In this document: one piece after another, positions 1 to 11,170 of the stretch
Layout: every line of letters begins with the position of its first letter
Position numbering within the stretch: the stretch's first letter is position 1
Assembly: GCF_006345805.1 (NCBI RefSeq)
Contig: NC_043000.1
Coordinates: forward strand, 144,212,001 to 144,276,000
Length of the DNA: 64,000 bases
Source: Octopus sinensis
Taxonomy: Eukaryota
Direction: 5' to 3'
The notes under the pieces: generated by a model
The model's input: only the letters and a program-made list of their open reading frames with translations
Told to the model about the DNA's origin: nothing
Databases searched by the model: none
Program-made: the position numbers and the translations under genes

Positions 1-2511
1 GCACCCCCGCCTCAACCGCTGACAAAGAAGCAGCAGAGTCACTTTTCGACTTTACGAATGAGTTTTTCTTGTCCCAACTTGGCCTTGCACCAACAAGACA
101 TCAGAACATTTTGGACCTAGTGTTTAGTAACCACACTAACACTATACATAACGTTACAGTGGAAAAAACCCTTCTTTCAGACCATGACATGGTTCTCTGT
201 AACATGAAATTCCACCAGCCGAAAGCTAATCCTAGTGACCTCCCTCCAGCCCACCCATTTGACAACATGGATCTCCATAATGCCAACTGGGATGCAATCA
301 GGAACGAGCTATCACATGTTGACTGGTCCTTTACACATACACACATCTCCACCAACCATAAAACATCTTGGCAGATCTTTGTAGACACCGTCACAGACAT
401 ATGTGCAAAACACTCCCCACCAAGACCTGTGAACAAAAAGTGCAGAATCCCCCAAAACAGAAAAACCATTATCAGAAAAATAAAAAGAACAAACAAAAAA
501 ATTAACAAACTAAAGTACTGCCAACAGCAACACACACATTCGACGGCTATCGCACTGCTTGAATCCAAAAAATATAACCTCCAACAATGCATGAAGACCC
601 TCATCAATAACCAAAGATCAGCTGAGGAGAAGTGGGCCATTGAAAAAATCAAACTCAACCCTAAAGTGTTCTTTTCATTTGCGAGGAAACGCAGGGTCAC
701 TGTCTCCATTGTTGGCCCTCTAATTGACGAAACTGGCACTCTCCAAGATAATGCCAAATCCATGGCCGAGATACTGCAGAAACAATACTGCTCTGTTTTC
801 AGCAATCCTGATATGGCCGATCTGGGCTGTATCAGTGATGTCAACCCCCAACACACTATATCGGACATAACGTTTAGTGCCCCTGATGTCTTAGCGGCGA
901 TAAACGAAATAAAACACAATTCAGCAGTAGGCCCCGATAGGTTCCCTGCTTGTGTCCTGAAGGTGTGTCGACACTAACTTGCATCTCCCCTTGCTAATCT
1001 GTGGAGAAACTCACTGGATGCTGGCTATATTCCAAAAAACCTTCTGTCCCAGTCTGTTGTCCCAGTTTTCAAAAAGGGAAACAAGTCCCTTGCAGTGAAC
1101 TACCGTCCGATCTCACTCACCTCTCATATCATCAAGGTATTTGAGAGGGTGGTGAGATCTCGAATAACCCAATTTCTGGAAAACAACAGACGGCTGATCT
1201 CCAACCAACATGGCTTCCGTAATGGAAGGGACTGCATAGCGCAGCTCCTGCATCATTTTGATGACATTTTGAGAGCTTTGGGAGAGGGCTCCAACACCGA
1301 TGTCATCTACCTTGATTTCAGTAAGGCCTTTGACAGGGTCGATCACAAGATTCTATTGAAAAAACTATCCAACGTTGGTGTCTCTGACAGACAGATCTCA
1401 ACATGTTGTAGTTGAAGGGGTAAAATCAAGCCCAGCCAAAGTCAGTAGTGGCGTTCCGCAAGACACTGTGCTGGGCCCACTTCTGTTCATCATTTACATT
1501 AATGACATTAATGACATCATCAAGCACAGCAACATAAAAATTTTTGCAGATGATTCCAAGCTACAGAAGGTCATAAATGAGGCGAGTGACCGGACATGCC
1601 TTCAGTCAGATCTACTGGCTGTTATCCAATGGGCAGAAAACAATAATATGTTGCTGAACGAGGATAAATTTGAGTTAATCCACTTTCGAAAAGAGGATGC
1701 CCTGGAACTCCCATACTCCCTTCAGGTGAAACTCTCGCGGCGTCCAACAACATCAGAGACTTGGGAGTAATTGTGGACAACAACATAAGCTGGGCCACTC
1801 ATATAAACACCAAAGTTGACATGGCCCGCAGAATGTGTTCCTGGATTCTCAGAACTTTCCAGTCGAGAGATATCCACACCATTATCCTTCTCTTCTCCAC
1901 TTTTGCCCGACCCCACCTTGAATACTGTTGTCCACTGTGGTCTCCCCACACAATACAAGGTATCAAAAAAGTTGAAGCACTTCAAAGGGCAATCACAAAA
2001 AAGATAGATGGCATGACAGGCCTCGACTATTGGGGTCGACTAGAAAAGCTAAAACTTTATTCTCTCCAACGTCGTCGTGAGCGCTACATCATCTGCATGA
2101 TGTGGAAAATATTCCATCAGCATTGTCCAAATGATGTTGGCATCACCTTTAGGGTACATCCAAGGCTTGGGCCCCGTGCCATCCGCGCAAAACAAAAATC
2201 GCACTCTCATCTCATAACAACAATACAGCACAATTATTTCACCTTAATTGGCCCCGCTCTCTTTAACATTACACCAAAACACATTAAAACAGAAACTGAC
2301 CCTATAGGGTTCAAGAAGTCTTTGGACAGATTCCTTCAAGAAATCCCGGATAAACCCCCTACACCCGGATGTGTCTCTGTAAACAATAACTCTCTACTTG
2401 AGTGGGCCATAGTGCCCAAATTCTGACTTGAAAGACTTCACCAGGTGGTGCTATTAAGTTAGACATGGCGTGGGCCAATAATGGCCGAAACCTATCAAAG
2501 TATCAAAGTAT
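1..2511 (+). mobile_element. CR1-group (CR1/L2/Crack-like) LINE; 5' end cut by the window edge, 3' end intact with stem-loop and short tandem tail
   Basis: ORF pieces give the end of an APE endonuclease (PTR..NILDL..SDH), RT motifs (NYRPISLTS, QHGFR, YLDFSKAFD, GVPQDTVLGPLLF, FADD) and the CR1-type C-terminus (RPHLEYCCPLWSPH, LYSLQRRRERY). The 3' end is GGTGGTGC..CATGGC..GGCCA-ATAA-TGGCC-GAAAC followed by (ATCAAAGT)2. Confidence 0.93.
69..2426 (+). pseudogene. Disrupted ORF2 (APE-RT) of the CR1-group LINE
   Basis: Collinear ORFs 69-977, 1095-1415, 1375-1770 and 1761-2426, separated by an in-frame TAA near 975 and by frameshifts. Confidence 0.9.
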
Positions 2512-2552
2512 AGACAGCCGACAACTGATGAAAGGTCGTTCTTTGCGTGTGC

Positions 2553-2665
<113 letters not shown>

Positions 2666-3066
2666 TTAATTGAACGCCAAGCATCCATTTCCAAGTAAGT
2701 TTATATATATATGCCCGCAGAGACATTCACATACTTAATGATATATATTTGCTGCCAAATCAAGTATATATATATTTATATATATATACGTGTAAAAATA
2801 TACATACGCGTATACTCGCTGCTTACAGAGACATGCAAGAGTACATACAAATCTTTGTGCATATATAAGTATTTCTCTTTGTATGTATGCATATATGTAT
2901 GTATCTATGTTTGTATGTATCTATGTATCTACTTATGTATATTTATTACGTTAATATTTGTTACAAACATACTTACTGAAAATAATATATGCACATTTAC
3001 ATTGCCCAAACATATATTCATATTTTCATTGATTTCTTTTATCTATTTTTTTCTTTTTCTATGCAG

Positions 3067-3237
3067 GATATATTTTGTATTCTTCCGAAACAAAAACAGG
3101 TGTGCTCAACACGTATTTCTTGAAAAGATTTTCTGGCTAGCTAAGTATTCACCTGTCGAAAATTTGAAATATAGTGGGTTTGACTGGGAATTTTCCCGGC
3201 GGAACCAATCTCAGACGAAATTATATTTGCTGAATGC
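3067..3237 (+). CDS. Candidate internal exon of an unidentified host gene (IYFVFFRNKNRCAQHVFLEKIFWLAKYSPVENLKYSGFDWEFSRRNQSQTKLYLLN)
   Basis: Polypyrimidine tract plus TGCAG acceptor, GC|GTATGT donor, 171 bp symmetric open frame in non-repetitive sequence. No family recognised. Confidence 0.3.
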
Positions 3238-3537
3238 GTATGTTTTTACAGAATTTCTATACAAACATTATCTATTTTATTATTTAGTAAGATCGAGTAT
3301 GTATATCTATTGTAGTTTGACAGAAACATGTCAGCCCATTGTTCTCGTTTGTTGTTACTTAGATTTATATAAGAAAGATCAGTAGGAAACGAGTGAAGTG
3401 GCCTAAGATTCAGGACACGAAAATACTTTAATACGGATTTTTGTTTGTATCCACTTTAATAGGCCACCGTTTCAAAAGCTCGTGGACTATCAGTTTATAC
3501 ATGATTAGGCAATAGCTAAAGGTCCTAAAAACTGCTC

Positions 3538-3690
3538 TATACTCTTTTACTCTTTTGCTTGTTTCAGTCATTTGACTGCGGACATGCTGGAGCACCGCCT
3601 TTAGTCGAAAAATTAGACCCCAGGACTTATTTATGTGTAAACCTAGTACTCATTCTGTCGGGCCCTTTTGCTGAACCGCTAAATTGCGAG
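3538..3690 (-). mobile_element. 3' fragment of the tRNA-derived CORE-type SINE
   Basis: Matches the 3' 150 bp of the adjacent full copy (tttcagtcatttgactgcgg..gctggagcaccgcc). Confidence 0.85.
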
Positions 3691-3695
3691 TTAGT

Positions 3696-4097
3696 CTCTT
3701 TACTTTCTTTTACTCGTTTCAGTCATTTGACTGCGGCCATGCTAGAGCACCGCCTTTAATCGAGCAACTCGACCCCGGGACTTATTCTTTTGTAAGCCCA
3801 GTACTTATTCTATCGGTCTCTTTTGCCGAACCCCTAAGTAACGTGGACATAAACACACCAGCATCGGTTGTCAAACAATGCTAGGGGGACAAACACAGAC
3901 ACACAAACACACACATGCATATATATATATATACATATATACGACGGGCTTCTTTCAGTTTCCGTCTACCAAATCCACTCACAAGGCTTTGGTCGGCCCG
4001 AAGCTATAGTAGAAGACACTTACCCAAGGTGCCACGCAGTGGTACTGAACCCGGAACCATGTGGTTGGTAAACAAGCTACTTACTACACAGCCGCAC
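3696..4097 (-). mobile_element. Full-length tRNA-derived CORE-type SINE (Octopus-like family)
   Basis: Minus strand shows an A-box-like GGCTGTGTAG, a B-box-like GGTTCAGTACC, a CORE-like CCTTGGGTAAGTGTC, an internal (TA)/(TG) tract and a LINE-like 3' stem-loop with an (AGTAAAAG)-type tail. Near-identical copies lie at 16.5 kb and 59.9 kb. Confidence 0.9.
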
Positions 4098-4478
4098 TTG
4101 TGCCTATTGACGTTATTCTTTGAAGGTATCTTATAAAGCTCAAACAATAAAGGGCAATTTATTCTTTCAGAAAAGGAGGGTTGGTGATTTAGTTAAAATA
4201 AAAATACATTTGGGATTAAGTAACTAGCAACAATTTGTCTTTCAATGTTCTTTGATTATGTACGGACGTTGTGTTTTCACTATTTACTGTATGGATGTAG
4301 AGGCTGTTTACATTGGCTACAGTATCAATGGGAAGGCGTTAAGTCGATCACATCTACACCAATGCTATGAATACTGTAATAACAGAAACTCCGAGTGGTT
4401 GTATGCCTTCGCGTTAATTTTGTCAGAGTGTCACCACTGAAATAATATCTTGACCTTATATGTGCATATATATATATT

Positions 4479-4528
<50 letters not shown>

Positions 4529-4969
4529 TGGGGGGGAATTCACATTGATGATTATCATATATGGGTTCTCAACATTTGTATGAGAGCTTTTAAGAACTAA
4601 ACTGTGAGAAGTAAAACTGTAAATAATAGGGCAAAATTTGAACGCAGAACGAACAGACGGACCAATTGACACTAAGCATTCTGCTTGCCTTGCTAGCGGC
4701 TCTGCAGCCTTGACGTTCTTATATATGTTAATATTGGTAATCATATGAATGTGCGTGTGTATGTGTGAGTATATAATTTGATGTGCGTGTGTGCAAGTGC
4801 GAGTATGTGTGTATATATGCGTGTGTGTGTATATGTGCATGTCTATAGAGGGTGAAAGTCGCTGGGGGAAAAAGTGAGGCAGAGAGAGAAAGCAGTTGGA
4901 TATTACAGATCTTACTGATAATGTCAACTTGTTGTAAATGTGAATCTCTTGATTATCTCTGTCTTTCAG

Positions 4970-5112
4970 CCATGGATCCCAATGATAATATATTACAAGA
5001 CGTTGGCCGACAATTTAATCTTTGGCGTACTTTAAGTTTTATCTCACGTCATAATTGTTACTGGTTTAGCCATACACAGTCTGGTGCATGCAGTTCGCAG
5101 TGTGTGTTACCG
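4970..5112 (+). CDS. Candidate internal exon; frame uncertain
   Basis: TCTCTGTCTTTCAG acceptor and CG|GTAAAC donor. One frame is fully open (MDPNDNILQD...QCVLP). Another reads as a hydrophobic membrane-protein-like segment with one TAA. Confidence 0.25.
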
Positions 5113-5380
5113 GTAAACCTAATTTTTTGCCTATCTGCTTCTTGGCGCTGGACAAGGACAATTCCCATGTCCTTTGTAAACCCTCCTGAAGCCTTTATGG
5201 GTGTTATCATTTATGTTCCTCTCGAACGTTTGCAAGTCAAAAACTGCAGGAGAGAAATGGTTCCAGAAAACAAGTGTGATGTGAATGGGAGAAAGGGAGC
5301 TATGATGAAAGTGTGAATAGTGTTGGCATGACATGAACATGCTCCCCGGACTGAGGTGATTATAGCAATGATATGAAAGC

Positions 5381-5427
<47 letters not shown>

Positions 5428-5725
5428 TGAGAGGTGAGGTTTGTCCTGTTGAACATAAACTGGAATTTGTCCCATATTTACTTTGTGATGATAAATTGGT
5501 ATCCCTTTTGTGGACGTATTAATGGATATCTGTATTTGCTGTAACAAAATTGCAGCACCTGTGAAAGTGTTAAGTTTATTTGAGGCCGGATTTCTTTGCA
5601 TCCTTGATTAGAAGAGCCTATGGTTAACATTCAACCCTATGTACGTTGAACATTTGCTTTCCTAAGAATTAGCCACAGCTTTAATGAAATACACTGTTGG
5701 AAGTGATTATAAAATCTTTAGTTGC

Positions 5726-6030
5726 GTGCTGATCGTGATTAAGTGTTGCATTATTTTATGATGATTCTTTACTATAAATGTTGTTTTTAGTTGCACATCC
5801 TCGAAAGATATAACGTTAGTGTACGTCATTTTTGGAAGATTCTTTTAAAGTCTCTGTTCATATACTTTGCTTTCGTTTCACCTGTGGATGATGTATTGTA
5901 GGAGCATGCTGGAGTAAGTTTGTTATTGAAGTGTATTCTGCATATGTGTTGGCATAATTGAAAGTTAATAAATAATGGGAAACAGGAGGGTAAATTTACC
6001 AGATGGTTTACTTCAAAATTTTGGCATTTC
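5726..6030 (-). repeat. Old dispersed repeat, probably a decayed LINE fragment; homologous to 17080-17400
   Basis: Collinear similarity by eye (cgtgattaag.gttgcat, gatataac, gtgttggcat..gaaagttaata, ggaaaca.gagg.taa). Confidence 0.55.
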
Positions 6031-7631
6031 AGGAAAGAGTACAATGTAGCGTAGCGTTAAGATGTCCAGAGGACATATTGCTGGAAATATGAACCTAGCT
6101 GGCACAATCACTAGAAACTGAAAAAAATGTTCTGCACTATTCTTTCGGCTCTTTACTTTGTGAGTTCAATTTAAGTTATCCTTTCATCTTTTCGGTCCAA
6201 TAGAGGGCTTGTTAGGTACAGGAGTTGATGGTATAGACCAGTCCACACTTCTGAAAATTACTGGCTTTTTGTCTAAATTAGAAACCGAAATAAAACCTTT
6301 AAGGCTCTTGATAACTGTAAACATTTAAAATTAGATTCCAATCTTAGACATCGCCTCGAATAAAATATAGCCATATCCAAAATAAAGTGATATCGATTTA
6401 CTTTAAATGCTTAATTTATTCCCCATGAAATCTTTGCAATTAAATCACTTACCATATATACATCTGAAGAACAACGATAATATGAAATATTTTGCATATC
6501 TTTGCCCGACTTAGAATTGTTCAGAAGCAATGAAATTTATGGAGGTTTTTATAGAAATCGAAAAAAATATCATGTTGTCAGTCGCTATAGAATAAATGGT
6601 GGTGAAATGAACGAAATGAAAATAACAATAAAGTATCTATAAATATTCGTTTAAAGTATAACTATGAGAGAGCAATAATCTTAGATGTGATTAGGGAACA
6701 GACATTTACAGGTGACTAGTTCTGTCAAAAGAGAACTAAACCAGTTCAAACATTTCTAATTATATATGAAAATACGTAATTGATGACTGAAATTTGACAG
6801 CGGAGATATTCTTCGAAATAACATCGTGAAATATGATACTTGATTTATTCAAAATTATACATTTTATTCGATATTGTATTGTTATTTTTGAAGTCTAGTC
6901 TCTTAAGTTTCAATATTTGAAAGAATTGAGAATATGAAGATAATGAAGAGATTGATGTTTTATTTAGAAAGGACAAGTTTCGGAAACGGTTGTCATTAAA
7001 ACATTCAAATCACACACTTCACATAAAATGCATCTCAGCTTAAAACATATTTCCCTAATTATCTGCTGAAGCTCTGTGTTTTAGCATAGATTTTAAAAAA
7101 GCCACTTTCTTCCCTAAGCATAGAAACGTAGCAGCCAACGTAATTAGCAGCATAATTTAAGACTATTGGAGTATATTTAAACAAACATTATCCATTCGAA
7201 TACAGCAGGAAATGGAAATGATTGTTTATTGTCACACTGATAACTTGTATTGAGAGGCCAGAAACTCAAATTAAATAACCAATATATTGTTGAGAATCAA
7301 TTTATGTTTAAAAGAAAACATATATTTTATGTAATATTAGAAATCGCGCATACTACATCATACAGGTTCGAGCAAGTTCCAAGTTTCACTCTCTGTCTTC
7401 ATGTAATAGAAAATAACAATTACATGAACAAGTATTTCAAATATTACAAGATGCATTGCAACAAGTGTACGTTCATAGTATAGGTTTTTAAATATTTTAT
7501 AATATCTCTCCAATCTATGAATACAAATCATAGCTTCGCTAATGACGCAAAGGAAATAAACGCCTTAACCAATTGAAACCGTTACAAGTCACGGCAATAA
7601 TATACAGGAAATTATCAAATATATATACATG

Positions 7632-7709
<78 letters not shown>

Positions 7710-7914
7710 GTTTTGGGATTTAATTTGGAAGTTTCTTTATGTGAGATCATGTGTTGAAGCATATTCTGTTGTGTTTGAGGAGTCATTCTCTTTTATTAAC
7801 TTATAACTTAACACACACACCGGTAAAATTTCCACTCATTTCTTCCTTTATTTTTCTACAATTTTCATTGGATCTTGCAATCTTTTCAGTAGTTGTCCGT
7901 TATTCACAATGCGT

Positions 7915-8925
7915 TCTTTTTTTTGCTTGTTCTCTTTTTTGCTTTTTGGTCAGTATGTGTGTGTGTGTGCATACACGTGTATGTATGTATACATGCATGT
8001 GTGTATGCATGTATGTGTGTGCATATGTATATATGTATGTACGTAGGTATATTTGTGTGTACGTATTCTGCATATTCGTGTGTTTGTCTTCCGTATTTGT
8101 GTTTTTTTTATGTATGTCTGTGTGTTTATATGTGTGTGTATGTGTGTGTAACTCTGTCACCTTGTGTGTGCATGTCTGAGTGTGAATATGTATGGGGTTT
8201 TTCCAAGTATGTACTGTGTTTGTATATATGTGTATCTCCATAAGTGTGGACGTGTGTCTCCATATGTGTCCTTGTGAAAACATGTAGGATTAGCCCTGGC
8301 ATTAGCTGTAGAACTAGAAATGTAGTTTACAGCATGTGATGCATAGGTGCTTGTAAAGGCATGATATCATACCCCCATACACACAGTTTATACAAGTATG
8401 ATATAATAGTTAGTGGATTGTAATGTAGATAGATGTATGTATGTGTATGTGTGAGTGTATATATGTATATCTATATGCACATGTATATAAGCATATGAAA
8501 GTAAACAGATAGGCATATAGACGGGTAGGTACATAGTTTATATGAACAGATAAACACACATACATAAATGAAGACTGAAGCATTTGACCATATATACACA
8601 CACACTTAACTTCACAGAAGGTCACACATGGAGACACTCGTCCACACATACACATCCATACACAGTACATAGTTGCAAAAAATCCGTGCACATGCACACA
8701 AAGACTCAGACATGCACGTACACAAGGAGGCAGTGGGGCACACACGCACACAAACACAAACATGGACACGCAAGCAAATGAATGCGCAGAATGCATACAA
8801 ATGTACGCACATATACATATATGCACATGCACATACATACAAACACGAACATGCATCCATACATACATATATATATGTGTATGCACATACACACTAACAC
8901 CAATCAACAAAAAAGAGAACGTAGT
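7915..8925. repeat. Diverged foldback: about 330-370 bp inverted arms (7915-8283 and 8610-8925) rich in TG/CA
   Basis: Non-microsatellite motifs recur inverted. Example: gtgtctccatatgtgtccttgtgaa versus ttcacagaaggtcacacatggagacac. Also ttctctttttt versus aaaaaagagaa. Confidence 0.65.
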
Positions 8926-9076
8926 GTGACTAACGCACAGAGACAGCAAATATTGAAAAGGTTGCAAGATGCAACGGAAATTTTAGAAAAATAAACAAGC
9001 AAATGAGTAGAAATTTTTTCGGTGAGAATGTTAAACTATAAGGCACTAGAAGGGAATGACTACCCAGACAAAACAG

Positions 9077-9107
<31 letters not shown>

Positions 9108-9137
9108 TATATATATAATATATATATATATATATAA

Positions 9138-9280
9138 TATTATTAGAGACAAAACCACTATTTTGCAAAACAAACAAGGAAAGACTTAATCAATACATAA
9201 AATTTTAATAATAGTCAAAAAAACCGCCACTACAATTGTTTCTTGTCTTGATCGACAATCTTCAGGTGGACTTCCAATAA
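9138..9280 (-). mobile_element. Single-arm copy of the hammerhead-bearing repeat (family H1) between two (TA)n tracts
   Basis: Nearly identical to the left arm of the 60.6 kb palindrome. Confidence 0.85.
9227..9269 (-). ncRNA. Minimal type-I hammerhead ribozyme motif (H1)
   Basis: ccac-CUGAAGA-uuguc-gaucaa-gacaa-GAAA-caauu-GUA-gugg. Full core, 5-bp stem II, 4-bp stem I, and stem III ACAAUUGU is a perfect palindrome. Confidence 0.8.
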
Positions 9281-9286
9281 GTCAAA

Positions 9287-9334
<48 letters not shown>

Positions 9335-9348
9335 AGACAGTGGTACAC

Positions 9349-9388
<40 letters not shown>

Positions 9389-9404
9389 AAACATGGACAC
9401 GCAA

Positions 9405-10586
9405 AAACGCATTGAAAGAGCTTTAAGATCAAGGATGGCTGCTTTCCTGGAGACCCACAAACTCCTAAATGCAAATCAGCATGGCTTTCGCTGTGGCAGG
9501 GACTGTCTAACACAACTCTTACACCACATTGAAGATATACTTAAAGCCTTGGGAACAGGTTCGAAATCTGCCGTCATATATCTTGACTTCAGTAAAGCGT
9601 TCGACAGGGTTGACCATAATATCGTACTCTCAAAATTGGCAAATATTGGAATCTGTGGAAAACTTCTACACTGGATTAAGCATTTACTGGCGAATAGGAC
9701 ACACCATGTTGTAGTCGATGGAGTCCACTCAAGCCCAGCAAAAGTCACCAGCGGTGTCCCCCAGGGGACTGTCTTCGGCCGCCCCTCTTCATAATTTACG
9801 TAAATGACCTTTCCAGTGTCGTACAACACTGCAAAGTGAAAATATTTGCTGATGACACTAAGCTCCAGCAAATCATCAATGAAGAAGCAGACCGAATTCT
9901 CCTTGTGTGCGTGCATGTCTGAGTTTTTGTGTGTATGTGTACGGGTTTTTTGCAACTTTTCTCAACCTTTGTACGGCTACACCTCCAATACTGCTGCCCA
10001 TTGTGGTCTGCCCATACAAGACAAAACATCTCGAGGATTGAATCACTCCAGAGGGCACTCACTAAACGAATTGAAGGCATGACTTCTCTCGATTATTGGG
10101 ATCGCCTTAAAGCCTTGAAACTCTACTCTCTCCAGCGCGTCCGCGAGCGGTACATCATTTGTGCGATGTGGAGAATATATCGCCAACTTTGCCTCAACGA
10201 CCAGAACATTAGTTTCAAAGTTCATCCAAGGCTGGGACCACGGGCCATACGTCCCCTGCCCAATTCAGGGTCACAGCATATACGTACACTGCAACATTTC
10301 TTTTCCTCAACAAGTCCTGCCTTGTTTAACATTGTCCCGAAAGAGATCAAAGAGGAAAAGGATCCCATCAACTTTAAACGGAGTCTGGACAGACTTCAAG
10401 GAATACCGGATAAGCCACCCATACCTGGATACAACTCACTCAACAAAAAATCACTACTTGAATAGACCATAAACAAAACTTGACTTAAACAGGAGTTAGG
10501 TGATCCTTTCAGGTGGTGCTATTAAGTTAGACATGGCCTGGGCCAATCTTTGGTCGAAACATATCTAAGTTTTATCTAAGTTTTAT
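9405..10586 (+). mobile_element. 5'-truncated CR1-group LINE, second subfamily, with an internal deletion
   Basis: QHGFR, YLDFSKAFD, GVPQG, FADD, LQYCCPLWS and LYSLQR motifs. The 3' end shares aggtggtgctattaagttagacatggc with copy 1 and ends in (ATCTAAGTTTT)2. Confidence 0.92.
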
Positions 10587-10602
10587 AAATATACATATAT
10601 AT

Positions 10603-11128
10603 AAAATTATATGGTAAATGGACAATATGTCCAATTTATCGGCATATTTGGCATTAGAATTTTTTTCGTATGCCCTTATTTATAAATTCTTTATGATCTA
10701 ACCTTTAAAGGTATTTTTTAATAAGCTGGCCATTGATAAAAATTTTTTTAGAAAAACATTTATCCTTCAATAGATATAAGTTTAATAGTGTTCACTTCTG
10801 GACTCTCCCACTCTGTGAGTGCCTCAGTTCAAGTCGTACGTGTCTTGAATGGGTTGGAGTATTTCTATTTTGGATTTATTTGGGGTACTTAGTTGTGCTC
10901 ATGACTTAGTGTTTGCTTCTTCCATGGGTATGAGTAAGTATTTCATTTACTTCTTTGCCACATGTATCACTGACGAAGTGAGTGTTCTTTTTGAACTAAC
11001 CCTGAAATCGGTCCGAGATGGTAATAATGGAAATTTTAGAAATTTCTGTCGACCTTTTTTCGAGTAGCGTGCGTACTGAAAAAAATTATATGGTAAATGG
11101 ACAATATGTCCAATTTTACGGCATATTT

Positions 11129-11132
<4 letters not shown>
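10603..11132. repeat. Element bounded by 51-bp direct repeats (10603-10653 and 11082-11132)
   Basis: aaaattatatggtaaatggacaatatgtccaattt..cggcatatttggca occurs twice, 479 bp apart, with two differences. Confidence 0.85.
10964..11019 (+). ncRNA. Degenerate type-I hammerhead-like motif
   Basis: CUGACGA, interrupted stem (ag..guuc-uuuuu-gaac..cu), GAAA-ucg-GUC. Stem I is imperfect. Confidence 0.4.

Positions 11133-11170
<38 letters not shown>

Noticed and set aside
3455-3505. Minus-strand ctgatagtccacgagcttttgaaacggtg as a hammerhead
   Set aside because: The core lacks G8, stem II does not pair and the cleavage triplet is GUG.
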